Of a stretch of DNA of 64,000 nucleotides, positions 27,118 through 42,703 are shown piece after piece. The notes below the pieces were generated by a model. That model saw only the letters and a program-made list of their open reading frames with translations. It was not told the DNA's origin and did not search any database. The position numbers and the translations under genes were made by a program. How positions within the stretch are numbered: the first letter of the stretch is position 1; the number at the start of each line of letters is the position of its first letter. The stretch is from assembly GCA_964016885.1 (NCBI GenBank), contig OZ024743.1:49910001-49974000 (forward strand), in the 5' to 3' direction. This DNA comes from Eledone cirrhosa. Taxonomy: Eukaryota.

Positions 27118-27152
<35 letters not shown>

Positions 27153-27454
27153 TACATACATACATACACACACACGCACGCATACATACATACACACATA
27201 CACACACATACATACACACATACATACATAGATACATAATACATACATACACACACACACATACATACATACACACATACATACACACACACACACATAT
27301 ACATACATATATACATACACACATACACACACACACACACATACATACATACATACACACACACATACATACATACATACACACATACATACACAAATAC
27401 ACACATACATACATACATACACACATACATACATACACACATACATACACACAC

Positions 27455-27925
27455 ATGGTGGCTGTCAACTCGTTTTCGAGTACGGCCACTACTTTATATC
27501 CATGTAAGAGAACCCCTACCTATACGCTAAACAAGTGTGACTTTTTAGTCCAGCCAGCGACTTGAAAACTCTGGTTCAAACACTACACTTGTGACAATTA
27601 TTGACACATAGTGCTGGGCCCATGGTACCATGTGACAAGTGCAGAGAGTTCTCCAGTTATAAAGAAATGCCTGTGCCATGAAGCTTTTATAGTGAGCAAA
27701 GGCACTGCACAAAGCCAGTCCCACTCTCTTAACCAAGATGATATTTACCAAAAAGAAGAACAAGTCAACATCATTGGATACCATCAGAGTTGCAGGTGTT
27801 ATATCAGAGTTTTCCTTCTCCTAGAATTCTGCCTTGACAAAGGCTAAGGGGTCATCTCTCCCGTTCAAATCCCACCGGGGTTAACTTTGCCTTTCATCCT
27901 TACAGGGTCGATAAAATAAAGTACC
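27455..27925. mobile_element. RTE family A 3' fragment (minus) fused to a partial tRNA-SINE (27863-27925, plus)
   Basis: Near-identical to 48091-48502, then an abrupt switch to GTTCAAATCCCACCGGGGTTAAC. Confidence 0.8.
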
Positions 27926-28050
27926 ATACATACATACACACACACACATACATACATACACACATACATATACACACACACACATATACATACATATATA
28001 CATACACACATACATACACACACACATACATACATACATACATACATACA

Positions 28051-28084
<34 letters not shown>

Positions 28085-28914
28085 CATACATACATTGCTG
28101 TCCACATGAAGATGCACCACAACTGATTATGTCTCTCTCTGTCTCTCTTTTACCTCTCCCTCGCTCTCCCCACCTCCCTCTCACTCTTTCTCTCTAACTA
28201 TATATATGTGTGTGTGTGTGTGTGTTGTGTGTGTGGTGTGTGTGGTGTGTGGATGTGTGTGTGTGTTGTGTGATGTACATGTGTGTGTTGTGTGTGTGTT
28301 GTGTGTGTTGTGTGTGTGGGTGGGTGTGTTGCGCGTGGGTGTGTTGTGTGTGTGGGTGGGTGTGTTGCGCGTGGGTGTGTTGTGTGAGGTATGTGTGTGT
28401 GTGTTGTGTGTGCGTTGTGTGTGTTGTGTGTGTGTGTGTGTGTTGTGTGATGTATGTGTGTGTGTGTGTCTGTGTGTGTGTTGTGTGTGTGTTGTGTGTG
28501 CGTGCGTGTGTGTGTGTTGTGTGTGTTGTGTGTGTGTGGGTTGTGCGTGTGTTGTGTGATGTATGTGTGTCTGTGTATATGTAGGAATGTGTGTGTGTGT
28601 GTATATGTAGGAATGTGTACACGTGTCTATGTATATGTAGGAATGTGCGTGTGTGTATATGTAGGAATGTGTACACGTGTCTGTGTGTGTATTCATGTAA
28701 ATGTGAGTGAGGTGTAGTTGTATGTCTGAGCTACACAACACTCAGCTCCGTGTTGTGGTACAATATTTGGTGTGTGAACCAACATGGCGGCTAGCTTCTA
28801 GTAGAGAAACTCAACGACGTTGTATGATTATTGTAGCAATGAGAGATGGCGAAGTTGTATTGGCAATGTGCGAAATATCGGCCATGTTGTTCACTGATAG
28901 ATGACTGATAAGGT

Positions 28915-28958
<44 letters not shown>

Positions 28959-29608
28959 AGTGTTGCCTAGGTAACGCCGGTTGACTAACGGCCGCCATTA
29001 TTATATCATCATACAGCTCCTACATCACATACCGTTACGTATACAGACACCCACCCCTCTCTCTCTCCTTCTGTTGAATCCCACCTCGCCTTTCTGGCCA
29101 TCCACCGCATACTGTCACACACACACACACAGACACATATATATATACAGACACACACACATATATATACTTACATACAGACACATGCACACACACACAC
29201 ATACACACACAAAAACATATGCACACACACACACGTATATGCACACACACACGCGTACATTCATATATTATACATACAGACACATATATACACACACATA
29301 GATACATGCACACACATATATGCACACACTCTCACATACACATACACATACACATGATACATTCCTGCATCTTTCGGCAGCATACACACATACATGTATA
29401 TACATGTATACACATGTATATACATACGCACATACATTCATATCTATCTATTTATTTACTCTCTCTCTCTCTATATATATATACAGGGATATATATATAT
29501 ATATATATATATCCCTGCTCGTTCTCTGCATATATAAAAAGTGGCAAAGGTATTCAAATTTTTATATTTACATATATACACACCTGTATTATATTTGAAT
29601 GAACATAA

Positions 29609-29639
<31 letters not shown>

Positions 29640-30594
29640 TACACACACACACACACACACAGATATACATACACACATACACGCCCGCACATACATGCAC
29701 CCACAACCCTCCACCACACATACACACACAAACCTACACACAACCTCCACCCCACTTCCACATACATATAAATACATACACGTACACACACACATACACA
29801 CACACAGTCAGACATACACACATAGATTTACATCATACAAACACACACAATCAGACATACACACATATACATATACACACACACAGTCAGACACACACAT
29901 ATACATACACACACACACATACAGTCAGACACACACATATACATACACACACATATACACACATATACATACACACATATACATACACACATATACATAC
30001 ACGCACAGTCAGATACACATATACATACACACATACACACACATATACACACACACATATACATACACACATATACATACACACATATACATACACACGT
30101 ATACATACACCCACAGTCAGACACGTATATATACATACACATATATACACACACACACAGTCAGACACACACACATATACATATACACACACAGTCAAAC
30201 ACACACATATACATACACATACAGTCAGACACACACATATATACATATATATACATACACACATATACATACACACATATACATACACACACAGTCAGAC
30301 ACACATATACATACACACATACACACACACATACACACACACATATACACACACATATACATACACACATATACATACACACATATACATACACAGATAT
30401 ACATACACCCACAGTCAGACACACACATATACATATACACATATACACACACACACATATCCATACACACATATACATACACACATATACTTACACACAT
30501 ATATATACACGCACAGACACACACAGTTATCTCCTAAACCTAGACAGGAATGTAAACACTGGAAGATAATTCAGAAAAAACAAAAATCATTTTA

Positions 30595-31083
30595 ACCATC
30601 ACCACCACCACCACCATACCATATACCACCACCACCACATCCACCACCATACCATATACCACCACCACCACCACCACCATACCATATACCACCACCACCA
30701 CCACCACCATACCATATACCACCACCACCACTATACCATATACCACCACCACCACCACCACCACCACCACCACCACCACCATATACCACCACCACCATAC
30801 CATATACCACCACCACCATACCATATACCACCACCACCATACCATATACCACCAACACCATGCCATATACCACCACCACCACCATACCATATGACACCAC
30901 CACCACCACCACCACCATATACCACCACCACCATATACCACCACCACCACCACGACCATACACCACACCATATACCACCACCACCAACACCATATACCAC
31001 CACGCCCAACCCCACCACAGCCACCACCACCACCATACACCACACCATAATACCACCACTACCACCATCACCATCACCACCAT
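30595..31083. repeat. (ACC)n-ATACCATAT compound repeat
   Basis: Direct inspection; source of GGGGIWY ORFs. Confidence 0.9.
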
Positions 31084-31087
31084 AAAC

Positions 31088-31993
31088 TTTATTGATCGAA
31101 GCAACACATTTTTGCCAACGAGATATAAGTTTATTCCAGTAACAGATTCTGAAGTTATTTTTTGCGTCTATTTGGTTGTTTAAGACTTTTCTTTGCAAAC
31201 AATTGTCGAGATGCTTGAAAAAGTAAAAGTCGCTTGGTAAAAGATCAGTGAGTTTGCGGAATGAGACAGCGTTTCGTAGTCCAATTCGTACAACCTGCAT
31301 TGTCATGCAAGAAGATTGGACATTTTCTATTGACCAATACTAGAAACAAACGCTGCAATTTATTTTTACATTTCACCGGTACCATGAACAAATTTCTTTG
31401 CTGATTGTTTCACTAAGATTAAAAAAGCTGAAGTAAATTAATCTGGCTGCAGATTACTAAACAGTCGCCATAACCTTCCTTTGGAACAACTTCGGCTTTG
31501 AGAAATTGCTAGAAGTTTCATCTCGGTCCAACCAATGCTGAACGTCGTTAATTGTTGTATAGGATACATTTTTTTATCACATGTCATATGCGATCAAGAA
31601 ATGGGTCGTTTTTGTTGAACACAAGAAACGAAGAGCAGACATCATAATGGTAATTTTTCTGGTTTACATTGAATTCGTGTCGGACCCATTTTTTAAGCTT
31701 CTTCGACTTTCTAATTCGGTTCAAAGGTTCTGAAATTGTTCCAATACCTACATCCAGTTCTCATGCAAGCTCTCGAACAATTGTGTGAGAATTTGCTTCC
31801 TCAAAGCCTTCAATCCATCGTTGTCAATGGTAGAAGGAGCTCCACGATGGAATTTTTGAAACCAGAGTTGCACTGTGCACTCATTAACATTTCCTTGGTC
31901 CAAAACTACAATGATATTTCTATCCATTTGTGCTGCACTGCGGCTGAGTTTAAACTCTTAAGAATAAATTTGGCGAAAATCCTGTTTTGACAT
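31088..31993 (-). pseudogene. Mariner (DD34D, Mos1/Hsmar-like) transposase pseudogene
   Basis: MSKQDFRQI..EFKL..TVQLWFQKF; NDPFLDRI*TCDKK.ILYNN*RRS..WLD..KPKL; DLLPSDFYFFKHLDN; KLISRWQKCV; many stops and frameshifts. Confidence 0.9.
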
Positions 31994-32235
31994 CTTAATT
32001 TCAAAGATCTGAATATTGACCAAAATGGAATTTATATGTAGAATGGATTACAGAGAAAGAAAAAGCATAAAGTCAGCTTAAAATGATGCAGAATTTTACA
32101 CACTACGTGTGAGTTGGTTTTTAATGTTAGATAAAATAAAATCCTAAAACCTGCATCCTAATATTCCTAAAATATAAAGGAAAGGAAATCGCTTTAGTTG
32201 TAAACTGCTTTGCAAAGAGGAGTCCATCAGCAATG

Positions 32236-32352
32236 CATTCTGAGTTCAAATCCAGCCGAGGTTAACTTTACCTTTCATCCTTACGGGCTCGATAAAATAA
32301 AGTACCAGTAATGTACTGGGTAATTGCTGGCCTTGTGCCAAAAGTAGAAACA
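32236..32352 (+). mobile_element. tRNA-derived SINE, 5'-truncated
   Basis: Same family as 2243-2420. Confidence 0.85.
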
Positions 32353-32908
32353 GTTATTTTACTGATACTGTTGTAATTTAAATATGCCTTGAGAATAATT
32401 AAACCTTCAAACGTTGACTTGTCCATGTGGACACAACTCTATTGAAGTTCTGAAGTTATCGTCTTGCCAGCAGGGCCACTTAATGGTGTTGACCTATGGG
32501 CCGGATGGTAGGGACGACACCAACCATTTGTCTAATGACTTCTTTTCTGATCTGGTCCTTCCTGGTTTTGACCGGCAATTCGGCAGAGACATATTTCTTA
32601 CTTGTAGGTGTTCGTTCCAGGGTTTTGTTTAAAGTACAGGCCTGTCAATGATATGTTTTCCTTTAAATGCATTAATTCTGAATCTCTTTAACTGAATTCA
32701 CAATATAATAACTTATATATTATTACTCATGCCGAAACCAGATTTCTGAAGATCTTTCATGGTTTTAAATTTCTTTCAAAATGTTTACATATTTCATTTT
32801 TAAATAGCGTATTTCATTGTTTCGACTGAGTAAACAACTTTTCACATTTATCATTTGCATTTCCAAAATTGTTCCAATTCAAACCGACTTTAATTTCCAG
32901 TTTCAATA

Positions 32909-33004
<96 letters not shown>

Positions 33005-33119
33005 ATCCCTCTCTCTCTCTATCTCTATCTCTCTCTCCCTCTCTCAACTCTTTCCCTGCCTCTCTCTTTTAAAAATGCTTTTTGAGAATATTCTTTAGTT
33101 TTTATCAATATATAATACA

Positions 33120-33166
<47 letters not shown>

Positions 33167-33182
33167 ATATACATATATATAT

Positions 33183-33290
<108 letters not shown>

Positions 33291-33755
33291 GTATATATCC
33301 GTATGCATGTATTTGTTATGACTGAATAGTGTTGATAAAGTTAAAGATACAACAACAACAAAAATAACAACAGTCAACAAGAATCCACTAAATTACCGGA
33401 AAATTTAAAATGTTTAAAAAGAAATAGCAAACAATTTCATTTTTCTCCTCAACTTGCAGGAAATTTATTTAACTTGTACATCTTCCATTAGTCTTCAAAA
33501 TAATTTTATTCTTCCTCTTCTCACTTGCAGAAGAAAGTCTGCCATTGAATTAAACTGTCTCGTTCAGTGGATATCTATTGTTTGTTGTTCAACCGATGCT
33601 TGGCTCAAACCAATCTCTCAAACATTGGAATAACAGTTATTTGGGGGTGGGGTAGTTAATAACATTATTTGTCCTTCTTTTATCTTAACTTTCTCTATAC
33701 AGAGATATAAAAGTTCTGTAGCATTATTTTCGTTTTGGGTTTGCTCTTATGTTCT

Positions 33756-33800
<45 letters not shown>

Positions 33801-34941
33801 AAAATGGAGAGCTGCGTGGTTGCACATGGGTTACATATGAATAAAATTAGTCCTTCATCAATGATCTCCCAACTTTCATTGGTATTTCATCGCTTTAAAA
33901 ATCATATATCTCTAGTTGGCGCGAGCAATAACAAATAAAGTTATTGGGACAAGTAAAATAGGGTGAAACGAGCGAGATTCTTCCATGTATATGAAGAAAT
34001 ATAAGGCAATAAAATGAACAAAACAGAAAATAAATAATAAATAGAGAATAAAGAATAAATGAAAAATTAATGAAAAGGTAATGAAAAAGTAATGAAAATG
34101 AATATGGAGAAGTGAAAAATAAAATGAAGATTCAAATAAAGTAAGATAAAGTGTTTGTGTGCTATAACCAATCTCAAGGTCAGAAATATGTTGGATAGAT
34201 TGGTAGGAGGAACAAGATGGTAAAAGAATAAGATAATCAAATAAAATGTGTTTGTGTGATAACCATCTTCTGGTTGTGTGTGGTTTTTAAGCCTACTCCT
34301 GTTGATGCTAGCTATGTGTTGGGCCAGATTGAGATGAGATGGTGGCAGGAGGGATGAAGAAACACACACACAGATACTTCTAAATTGTCAGCAGCAGCAA
34401 GACATAAGCTGGCCACAACACCAACAACACTACCAAAATAAGGGTAGAGGTCAGGTGTACTTAACAATAGCAAACACAAACACTACAGGGAGCCTCACCC
34501 CAGAAAGAATTTCTATAGACGTTAGACTGAGGAATGCTCTCAAAACTGACCAATGGGGAGTTTGACATTTTTTGAATTTTGTTCCTTTACCATATTATTC
34601 CTTCTACCACTTTATCAATTTATTTTTTTAGCTAACTCTAACAATAACAACACTACCAACACAAGAATAGAGGTCAGATGTACCTAACAATAACAAGAAC
34701 AACAACTACAGATTGGCTTGCCTCAGAACGAATTTCTATAGACTTTTGAATGAGGAATGTTCTAACAACTGACCAATGAGAGGAGAAGAGGCCCTTTGAC
34801 ACTGAAATTCGTTTGTTTGAATTCATATGATTCCAGTTCCTCAGTGAAATAACAACCCAACCAGGAACTGGGCATATCAGAGTATTGACAAAGTTATACA
34901 CCTCAACAACATATGTACTTGTCTATACTACACTAATTCGG

Positions 34942-34998
34942 ACTGCCTGAAGAGGTCACAGCCAAAGATGGCTGTCACCGAAATATATATATAGCAGT
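34942..34998 (+). ncRNA. Complete type-I hammerhead ribozyme
   Basis: ACTGC CTGAAGA GGTCACAGCCA-AAGA-TGGCTGTCACC GAAA T-ATATAT-A TA GCAGT; intact core, AUA triplet, followed by AATAAA. Confidence 0.85.
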
Positions 34999-35411
34999 AA
35001 TAAACGAAGCTAAATTTTAAACATTTGACTTATTTATTTATTTTACATTACTCCGGAGTAACCAAACCAACCTGCACACTTCGTCGAGTGCTCCAATCTG
35101 CATACTGAGGTGTTGGTATACAACCAACATATACTAAATATATATATATATATTTTTTTTAGTATATGTTGGTTGTATACCAACACCTCAGTATATATAT
35201 ATACATGGAAGTTTAGTAAAATCGAAGTTTATACAATCAGGAATGTGCAGCAAAGCACTAAATAAGGTCGTGTCACCTTAGAGTAATAACACACGTTAGA
35301 TAGCTTGACAAATTGAAAACTGCGACAGACAAGCCTAGTCACATAATACCAAAGCAACGAAAAAACCAATCCGACTGGATAACAAACCTGGATACATATA
35401 TATATATATAT

Positions 35412-35607
35412 AAATGGCTTCTACAGGACTAGAACTGTTTCATTCGGTAGAAATCATCCGAAATCATCAGGGCTTCCTGGTGATTTCTCCCGAATGAAAC
35501 AGTTCTAGTCCTGTAGAAGCCATTTCAATATTAAATATTTATACTCTGCTATGTATTGAGTACCTTACTTACTGTGGTTACCCCCGATTGAACCCGGGAT
35601 AACGTAC
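35412..35607 (+). mobile_element. Fold-back Penelope-like terminal fragment (same family as 16776-16930)
   Basis: 35412-35470 is the inverse of ~35477-35525; 3' portion matches 16850-16930; (TA)n on both sides. Confidence 0.8.
35471..35521 (+). ncRNA. Type-I hammerhead-like motif (core A6 to G change)
   Basis: GGCTTC CTGGTGA TTTC-TCCC-GAAT GAAA CAG-TTCTAGTC-CTG TA GAAGCC; GUA triplet; the inverted arm retains CTGATGA. Confidence 0.75.
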
Positions 35608-35651
35608 TATATATATATATATATATATATATCTATACATATATATCTATC

Positions 35652-35786
<135 letters not shown>

Positions 35787-35790
35787 GTGC

Positions 35791-35821
<31 letters not shown>

Positions 35822-36033
35822 CATGCAAAAAGTAAACGGAAACAATAAAGCAAAAATCACAGTACATTGAAGAAATATATCAGTTTAACCTTTATATTAG
35901 GAAGGAAAGTGTCTTTACGTTTTGGACACAGGTCCTTCATCTGAAAGTAGATGAGAAAGTAGATGAGAAAGTAGATGAGAAAAACGTTTGAAAAAAAGCA
36001 TGTATGTATTCCGCCAGCCATGTTGGAGACACA

Positions 36034-36064
<31 letters not shown>

Positions 36065-36221
36065 GCGCACTCACACACACACACTCACACAGACACACAC
36101 ACTCACACAGACACACACTCACGCACACACACTCACACAGGCACACACTCACACAGACATAGACAAATTCACACAGACACACACACACACACACTCTCAC
36201 ACACACACACTCACACAGAGA

Positions 36222-36301
<80 letters not shown>

Positions 36302-36303
36302 AT

Positions 36304-37475
36304 ATCTTCTTCTCCTTCGCCCACCTATTCCTGAAAGGGTCGTGGGGCAGAGTCTTCAAACACTCCTTCCAGCGGGCCAGAAGCAAACATCTCCAACTGA
36401 TCCGGCTGGATCCCCAATCGAGACCAGCCAACCTCATGAATATTATCCAACCATCTTGTTCGGGGTCTACTTCCTAGGTCTCCTCTCGGTTGGTTTGGCC
36501 TGTAAAAATCTGTTCACTGATTCTTTTCTGAGACATTCTAACCACATGCCCATAGTACTGGAGCTGTGATCTTTCAATTCTGAGAAGTAGCGGCTCCACC
36601 TGAAATGACTCTCTGATCTCCGAGCTTGCTCCAAAGATTCTTCGGAGGAACCCCAATTCCGCCGTTTGTATTGGCGATCGTATTCTTTCGGTCATTACCT
36701 AAGATTCATGACTCTAGGTAAGGGTTGGCACGAATACCGAATTGAAGACAGCGAGTTTAGCTTTTAAACCCACCTCTCTTCTTTTGATTACCGAATGTTG
36801 AAGCTGGTGTTTTACTACACCACCTCCTGCAATTCTTGCCCTTAATTCAGCCTCCTGCCTTCCATCACCCGTGAACATGGCCCCAAGGTACTTAAACTTC
36901 TCTACCTACTTCAGTGGAATTCCGTTCACATGTAGAGTCACTGCGCAGGTTTCTTTGAGAGAACGAGTGTTTCAGTTTTTGCAGCACTGATTTTCATTCC
37001 AGCCATGCAGCACTCGGCATCAAACCTATCAAATGAAAGTCGGAGATCATCTTCTGTAGAGTTAAGTAACACCATGTCGTTTGCAAATTCCAGCCGACTG
37101 ATCTTACACCTGACAGTCGTGACACCACTTCCAACCCGGTTGCGCATGTCAATCCTGTTCATTTAAATAACGAACAGGAGAGGTGACAGTACTCATCCTT
37201 GGCAGAGTTCGACTCCCACATTGAATGGTTTCGATTTAGCACCATTTATCCGAACAAAAATACTCTGCTATTCGTATAGAGACACCAGGGCAACAAGCTG
37301 ACCATTGATCCCATATTCCTGCAGAACCTTCCACAGTATGTCCCGAGAAACGTAGTCATATGCCCTATCGAGGTCTACAAAACACGAATTTACCTCTTGG
37401 CAATACTCCCACGATTTCTTGAAGACGTCCCACAGTCTGAATATTTGATCGGCTGTGCTGTATCTGGGGACGAAA
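36304..37475 (-). mobile_element. RTE-clade LINE 3' fragment (same family as 7580-9540) with GAA-type tail
   Basis: LEFANDMVLL..MKISAAKTETLV; TAELGFLRRI..IERSQLQYYGHVVRM; nucleotide similarity to 7580-8370. Confidence 0.9.
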
Positions 37476-38169
37476 AAATATATTTACGATATAAAACACT
37501 TGTGCAAGATACCATGCAGTGAGGTGAAACTTCAAAACCACGTAGTTGTGAAATTAAATGTTTTAATAATTCACCCATGCCTACCTCTACAAACTATGTC
37601 TACGCACAATTAATGAGTCTAGGTTGTGAAAGTATGTGGATTGGTGTTATGGTGGTGGACTCATATTTTAAGGTAATGTATTCCATTCTTGGACCAGGCA
37701 GCGTTCTATGTCTTTGAGAAAGACGCTTCGTGTCACGTTGCCCCGGTTCATTCAGCTGAAAGACGAATTGAGTTACAACAGCTTCGAACTCCCAGCAACG
37801 GTCTAACGTCCACTGTAAGGAGCAGTCTGTTCATGATAGTCCAGCTAAACCAACATTAGTATGAACTGCAACAGCAACTTGATAAGATTGGGTCCCTCAT
37901 AATTTAAACATCTGGGAAACCAGTGTCAGGCTAAACATCCGTAAGGGGGAACTGTAACCATCTACGATGGTAATATTCCTGTTGTGTCCTCTCCATGTCA
38001 GCTAAAATATTAGATTAAACGTGCTGCCGATATTAAGTGAACACCTTCTCACATTGAAATAAGGTGTTCGACAACGGAGGGGAATCGAACTATACATATA
38101 TTCACATCACTCTCCTAAACTGAGGTATACACCTCTATCTTCTAATACTGACACTTATAAAATGGCGTC

Positions 38170-38832
<663 letters not shown>

Positions 38833-39529
38833 TTGAGAGAGAGGACGAATAGACAGGGTGTTACAAATAATAGAAAAAAGGATAAACTTGTACAATATAT
38901 ATCTACGCATGTTATTGGATATAGATAAATATAGAGATTTTATGGCAATTATGTATTTTATAGCGCCCGCTTTTTATGTATTTCCGGTTAAAATGTATCA
39001 ATATCTTCGGCTTATATATATAATATTCAACACACACACACATTCAAGATAGATTCACCAAATAAATGGCGTTCTTTCTCGCTGTAAGATTTGTTGACGT
39101 AGGTTTGCATCGATTTTTTCTACATCCCATTGATGACTATAAAGGTAGGAACTGGGAAATGGCTGAAAAATTCCATCACTTCGTACAGCATTCATTAATG
39201 ACCTAAGTGAAAATAACATTATCACCACTAACAGTGATAGAAAAAATATATATGAATGATGTTACTACTGACGTTGAATATGTTTCGTCGGTGTTGGTCA
39301 CGTCAAGAGAGATTCGAGCAGAACCTTTTCCATAGATTTATATCTACAATACACAATACTGAGGTTTTCCTTATCTGTTTTGTGGTAGTTGTTTTTTTCT
39401 TCCAGTTTAGTTTATATTATTAAGATAACTTAGGTGAAGATAAATCAACGTAGGGTGGGCAGAGGAATATAATGAAGTATATGTTAGAAGGAGGGGGGGG
39501 AGGAGAACGTAGTTGGAACAGTAGATATG

Positions 39530-41160
39530 ACAACAACAACAGCAACAACAACAACAACAAAAACAACAACAACCATACAACAGCAACAACAACAACCATA
39601 CAACAATACATCAACAACCACCACCACAGCAACAAAACGTCACCCCACCACCACCACCAACAACAGCAACAACCATACAACACTACATCAACCACCACCA
39701 CCACAGCAACAAAACGTCACCCCCCCCCCCCCACCACAACCAACAGCAACAACCATACAACACTACATCAACCACCACAACAACAAAATGTCACCCCACC
39801 ACCACCACCACCACCAACAACAACAACCATACAACAATACATCAACAACCACCACCACAGCAACAAAACGTCACCCCACCACCACCACCACCAACAACAA
39901 CAACCATACAACACTACATCAACCACCACCACCACAGCAACAAAACGTCACCCCCCCACCACAACCAACAGCAACAACCATACAACACTACATCAACCAC
40001 CACCACCACAGCAACAAAACGTCACCCCACCACCACCACCACCAACAACAACAACCATACAACACTACATCAACCACCACCACCACAGCAACAAAACGTC
40101 ACCCCCACCACCACCACCACCAACAACAACAACAACCATACAACACTACATCAACCACCACCACCACAGCAACAAAACGTCACCCCACCACCACCACCAC
40201 CACCAACAACAACAACAACCATACAACACTACATCAACCACCACCACCACAACAACAAAACGTCACCCCACCACCACCACCACCAACAACAACAACCATA
40301 CAACACTACATCAACCACCACCACCACAACAACAAAACGTCACCCCACCACCACCACCACCACCAACAACAACAACCATACAACACTACATCAACCACCA
40401 CCACCACAACAACAAAACGTCACCCCACCACCACCACCACCAACAACAACAACCATACAACACTACATCAACCACCACCACCACAGCAACAAAACGTCAC
40501 CCCACCACCACCACCACCACCACCAACAACAACAACCATACAACACTACATCAACCACCACCACCACAGCAACAAAACGTCACCCCACCACCACCACCAC
40601 CAACAACAACAACCATACAACAATACATCAACAACCACCACCACAACAACAAAACGTCACCCCACCACCACCGCCACCAACAACAACAACCATACAACAA
40701 TACATCAGCCACCACCACCACCACAGCAACAAAACGTCACCCCATCACCACCACCACCACCAACAACAACAACAACCATACAACAATACATCAACCACCA
40801 CCACCACAACAACAAAACGTCACCCCATCACTACCACCAACAACAACAACAACCATACAACAATACATCAACCACCACCACCACAGCAACAAAACGTCAC
40901 CCCACCACCACCACCACCAACAGCAACAACCATACAACAATACATCAACAACCACCACCACAGCAACAAAACGTCACCCCACCACCACCACCACCAACAA
41001 CAACAACCATACAACAATACATCAACCACCACCACCACAGCAACAGAACGTCACCCCACCGCCACCAACAACAACAGCAACAACCATACAACAATACATC
41101 AACAACCACCACCACAGCAACAAAACGTCACCCCACCACCACCACCAACAACTACAACAA
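39530..41160. repeat. Compound minisatellite, ~20 units of ~75-80 bp with variable (ACC)/(AAC) tracts
   Basis: Invariant landmarks CAACAAAACGTCACCCC and CCATACAACA(C/A)TACATCAA. Confidence 0.93.
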
Positions 41161-41389
41161 TAATCACATGTTTACGACGTCTTTTAAACACCCGTCTTTT
41201 CAATGGAGTCCGCAGTTTGTGGCAATAAGTAAAGATATTCTATATTTTATTATACTCTATGGCAACCTATGACGTTCTGTGACATTTAATGATGTTTATG
41301 ATTCTCTATGGCATTCTATGATCTTCTATCACATCCTTTGGTATTCCACGGTGTTCTATGGCATTCTATATCATTCTATGGGGTTCTAA

Positions 41390-42578
41390 GATTTTCTATG
41401 GGATTCTATGGTGTTCGATGGGATTCTATGGTGTTCTGTGGAATTATATGGTCTTCTATGGGATTCTATGTGGAATTATATGGTGTTCTGTGGAATTATA
41501 TGGTGTTCTATGGGATTCTATGGTGTTCTTTGGAATTATATGGCGTTCTATGGGATTCTATGGTGTTCTGTGGAATTATATGGTGTTTTGTGGAATTATA
41601 TGGTGTTCTATGGGATTCTATAGTGTTCTGTTGAATTATATGGTGTTCTGTAAAATTATATGGTGTTCTGTGGAATTATATGGTGTTCTGTGGAATTATA
41701 TGGTGTTCTATGGGATTCTATGGTGTTCTGTGGAATTATATGGTGTTCTATGGGATTCTATAGTGTTCTGTGGAATTATATGGTGTTCTGAGGAATTATA
41801 TGGCGTTCTATGGGATTCTATGGTGTTCTGTGGAATTATATGGTGGTCTGTGGAATTATATGGTGTTCTATGGGATTCTATGGTGTTCTGTGGAATTATA
41901 TGGTGTTCTATGGGATTCTATAGTGTTCTGTGGAATTATATGGTGTTCTATGGGATTCTATGGTGTTCTGTGGAATTATATGGTGTTTTGTGGAATTATA
42001 TGGTGTTCTATGGGATTTTATAGTGTTCTGTGGAATTATATGGTGTTCTATGGGATTCTATAGTGTTCTGTGGAATTATATGGTGTTCTATGGGATTCTA
42101 TAGTGTTCTGTGGAATTATATGGTGTTCTGTAGAATTATATGGTGTTCTTTGGAATTATATGGCGTTCTATGGGATTCTATGGTGTTCTGTGGAATTATA
42201 TGGTGTTCTGTGGAATTATATGGTGTTCTATGGGATTCTATGGTGTTCTGTGGAATTATATGGTGTTTTGTGGAATTATATGGTGTTCTATGGGATTCTA
42301 TAGTGTTCTGTGGAATTATATGGTGTTCTATGGGATTCTATGGTGTTCTGTAGAATTATATGGTGTTCTGTGGAATTATATGGTGTTCTGTGGAATTATA
42401 TGGTGTTCTATGGGATTCTATGGTGTTCTGTGGAATTATATGGTGTTCTGTGGAAATATATGGTGTTCTATGGGATTCTATGGTGTTCTATGGGATTCTA
42501 TGGTGTTCTATGGGATTCTATGGTGTTCTGTGGAATTATATGGTGTTCTGTGGAATTATATGATGTTCTGTGGAATTC
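41390..42578. repeat. 20-bp two-variant minisatellite
   Basis: Units TGGTGTTCTGTGGAATTATA and TGGTGTTCTATGGGATTCTA. Confidence 0.95.
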
Positions 42579-42703
42579 TCAGAGAAAATATTAGATGTGT
42601 TTCTGAAACATGTTTGAAAAGAAAAACAAAAAGAAGAAATTGATAACAAATGGTGTGGTATCATAGAGAATACTACAACGGTTTTAACTTTGTAGCTGTT
42701 TAT

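Noticed and set aside
30540-31306. GGGGIWY glycine/tyrosine-rich structural protein ORF
   Set aside because: Compound ACC microsatellite fused to the mariner pseudogene tail; open in all three minus-strand frames
39472-41272. 560-580 aa P/T/Q/H-rich ORFs
   Set aside because: Minisatellite with frame-shifting unit lengths; no coding signature
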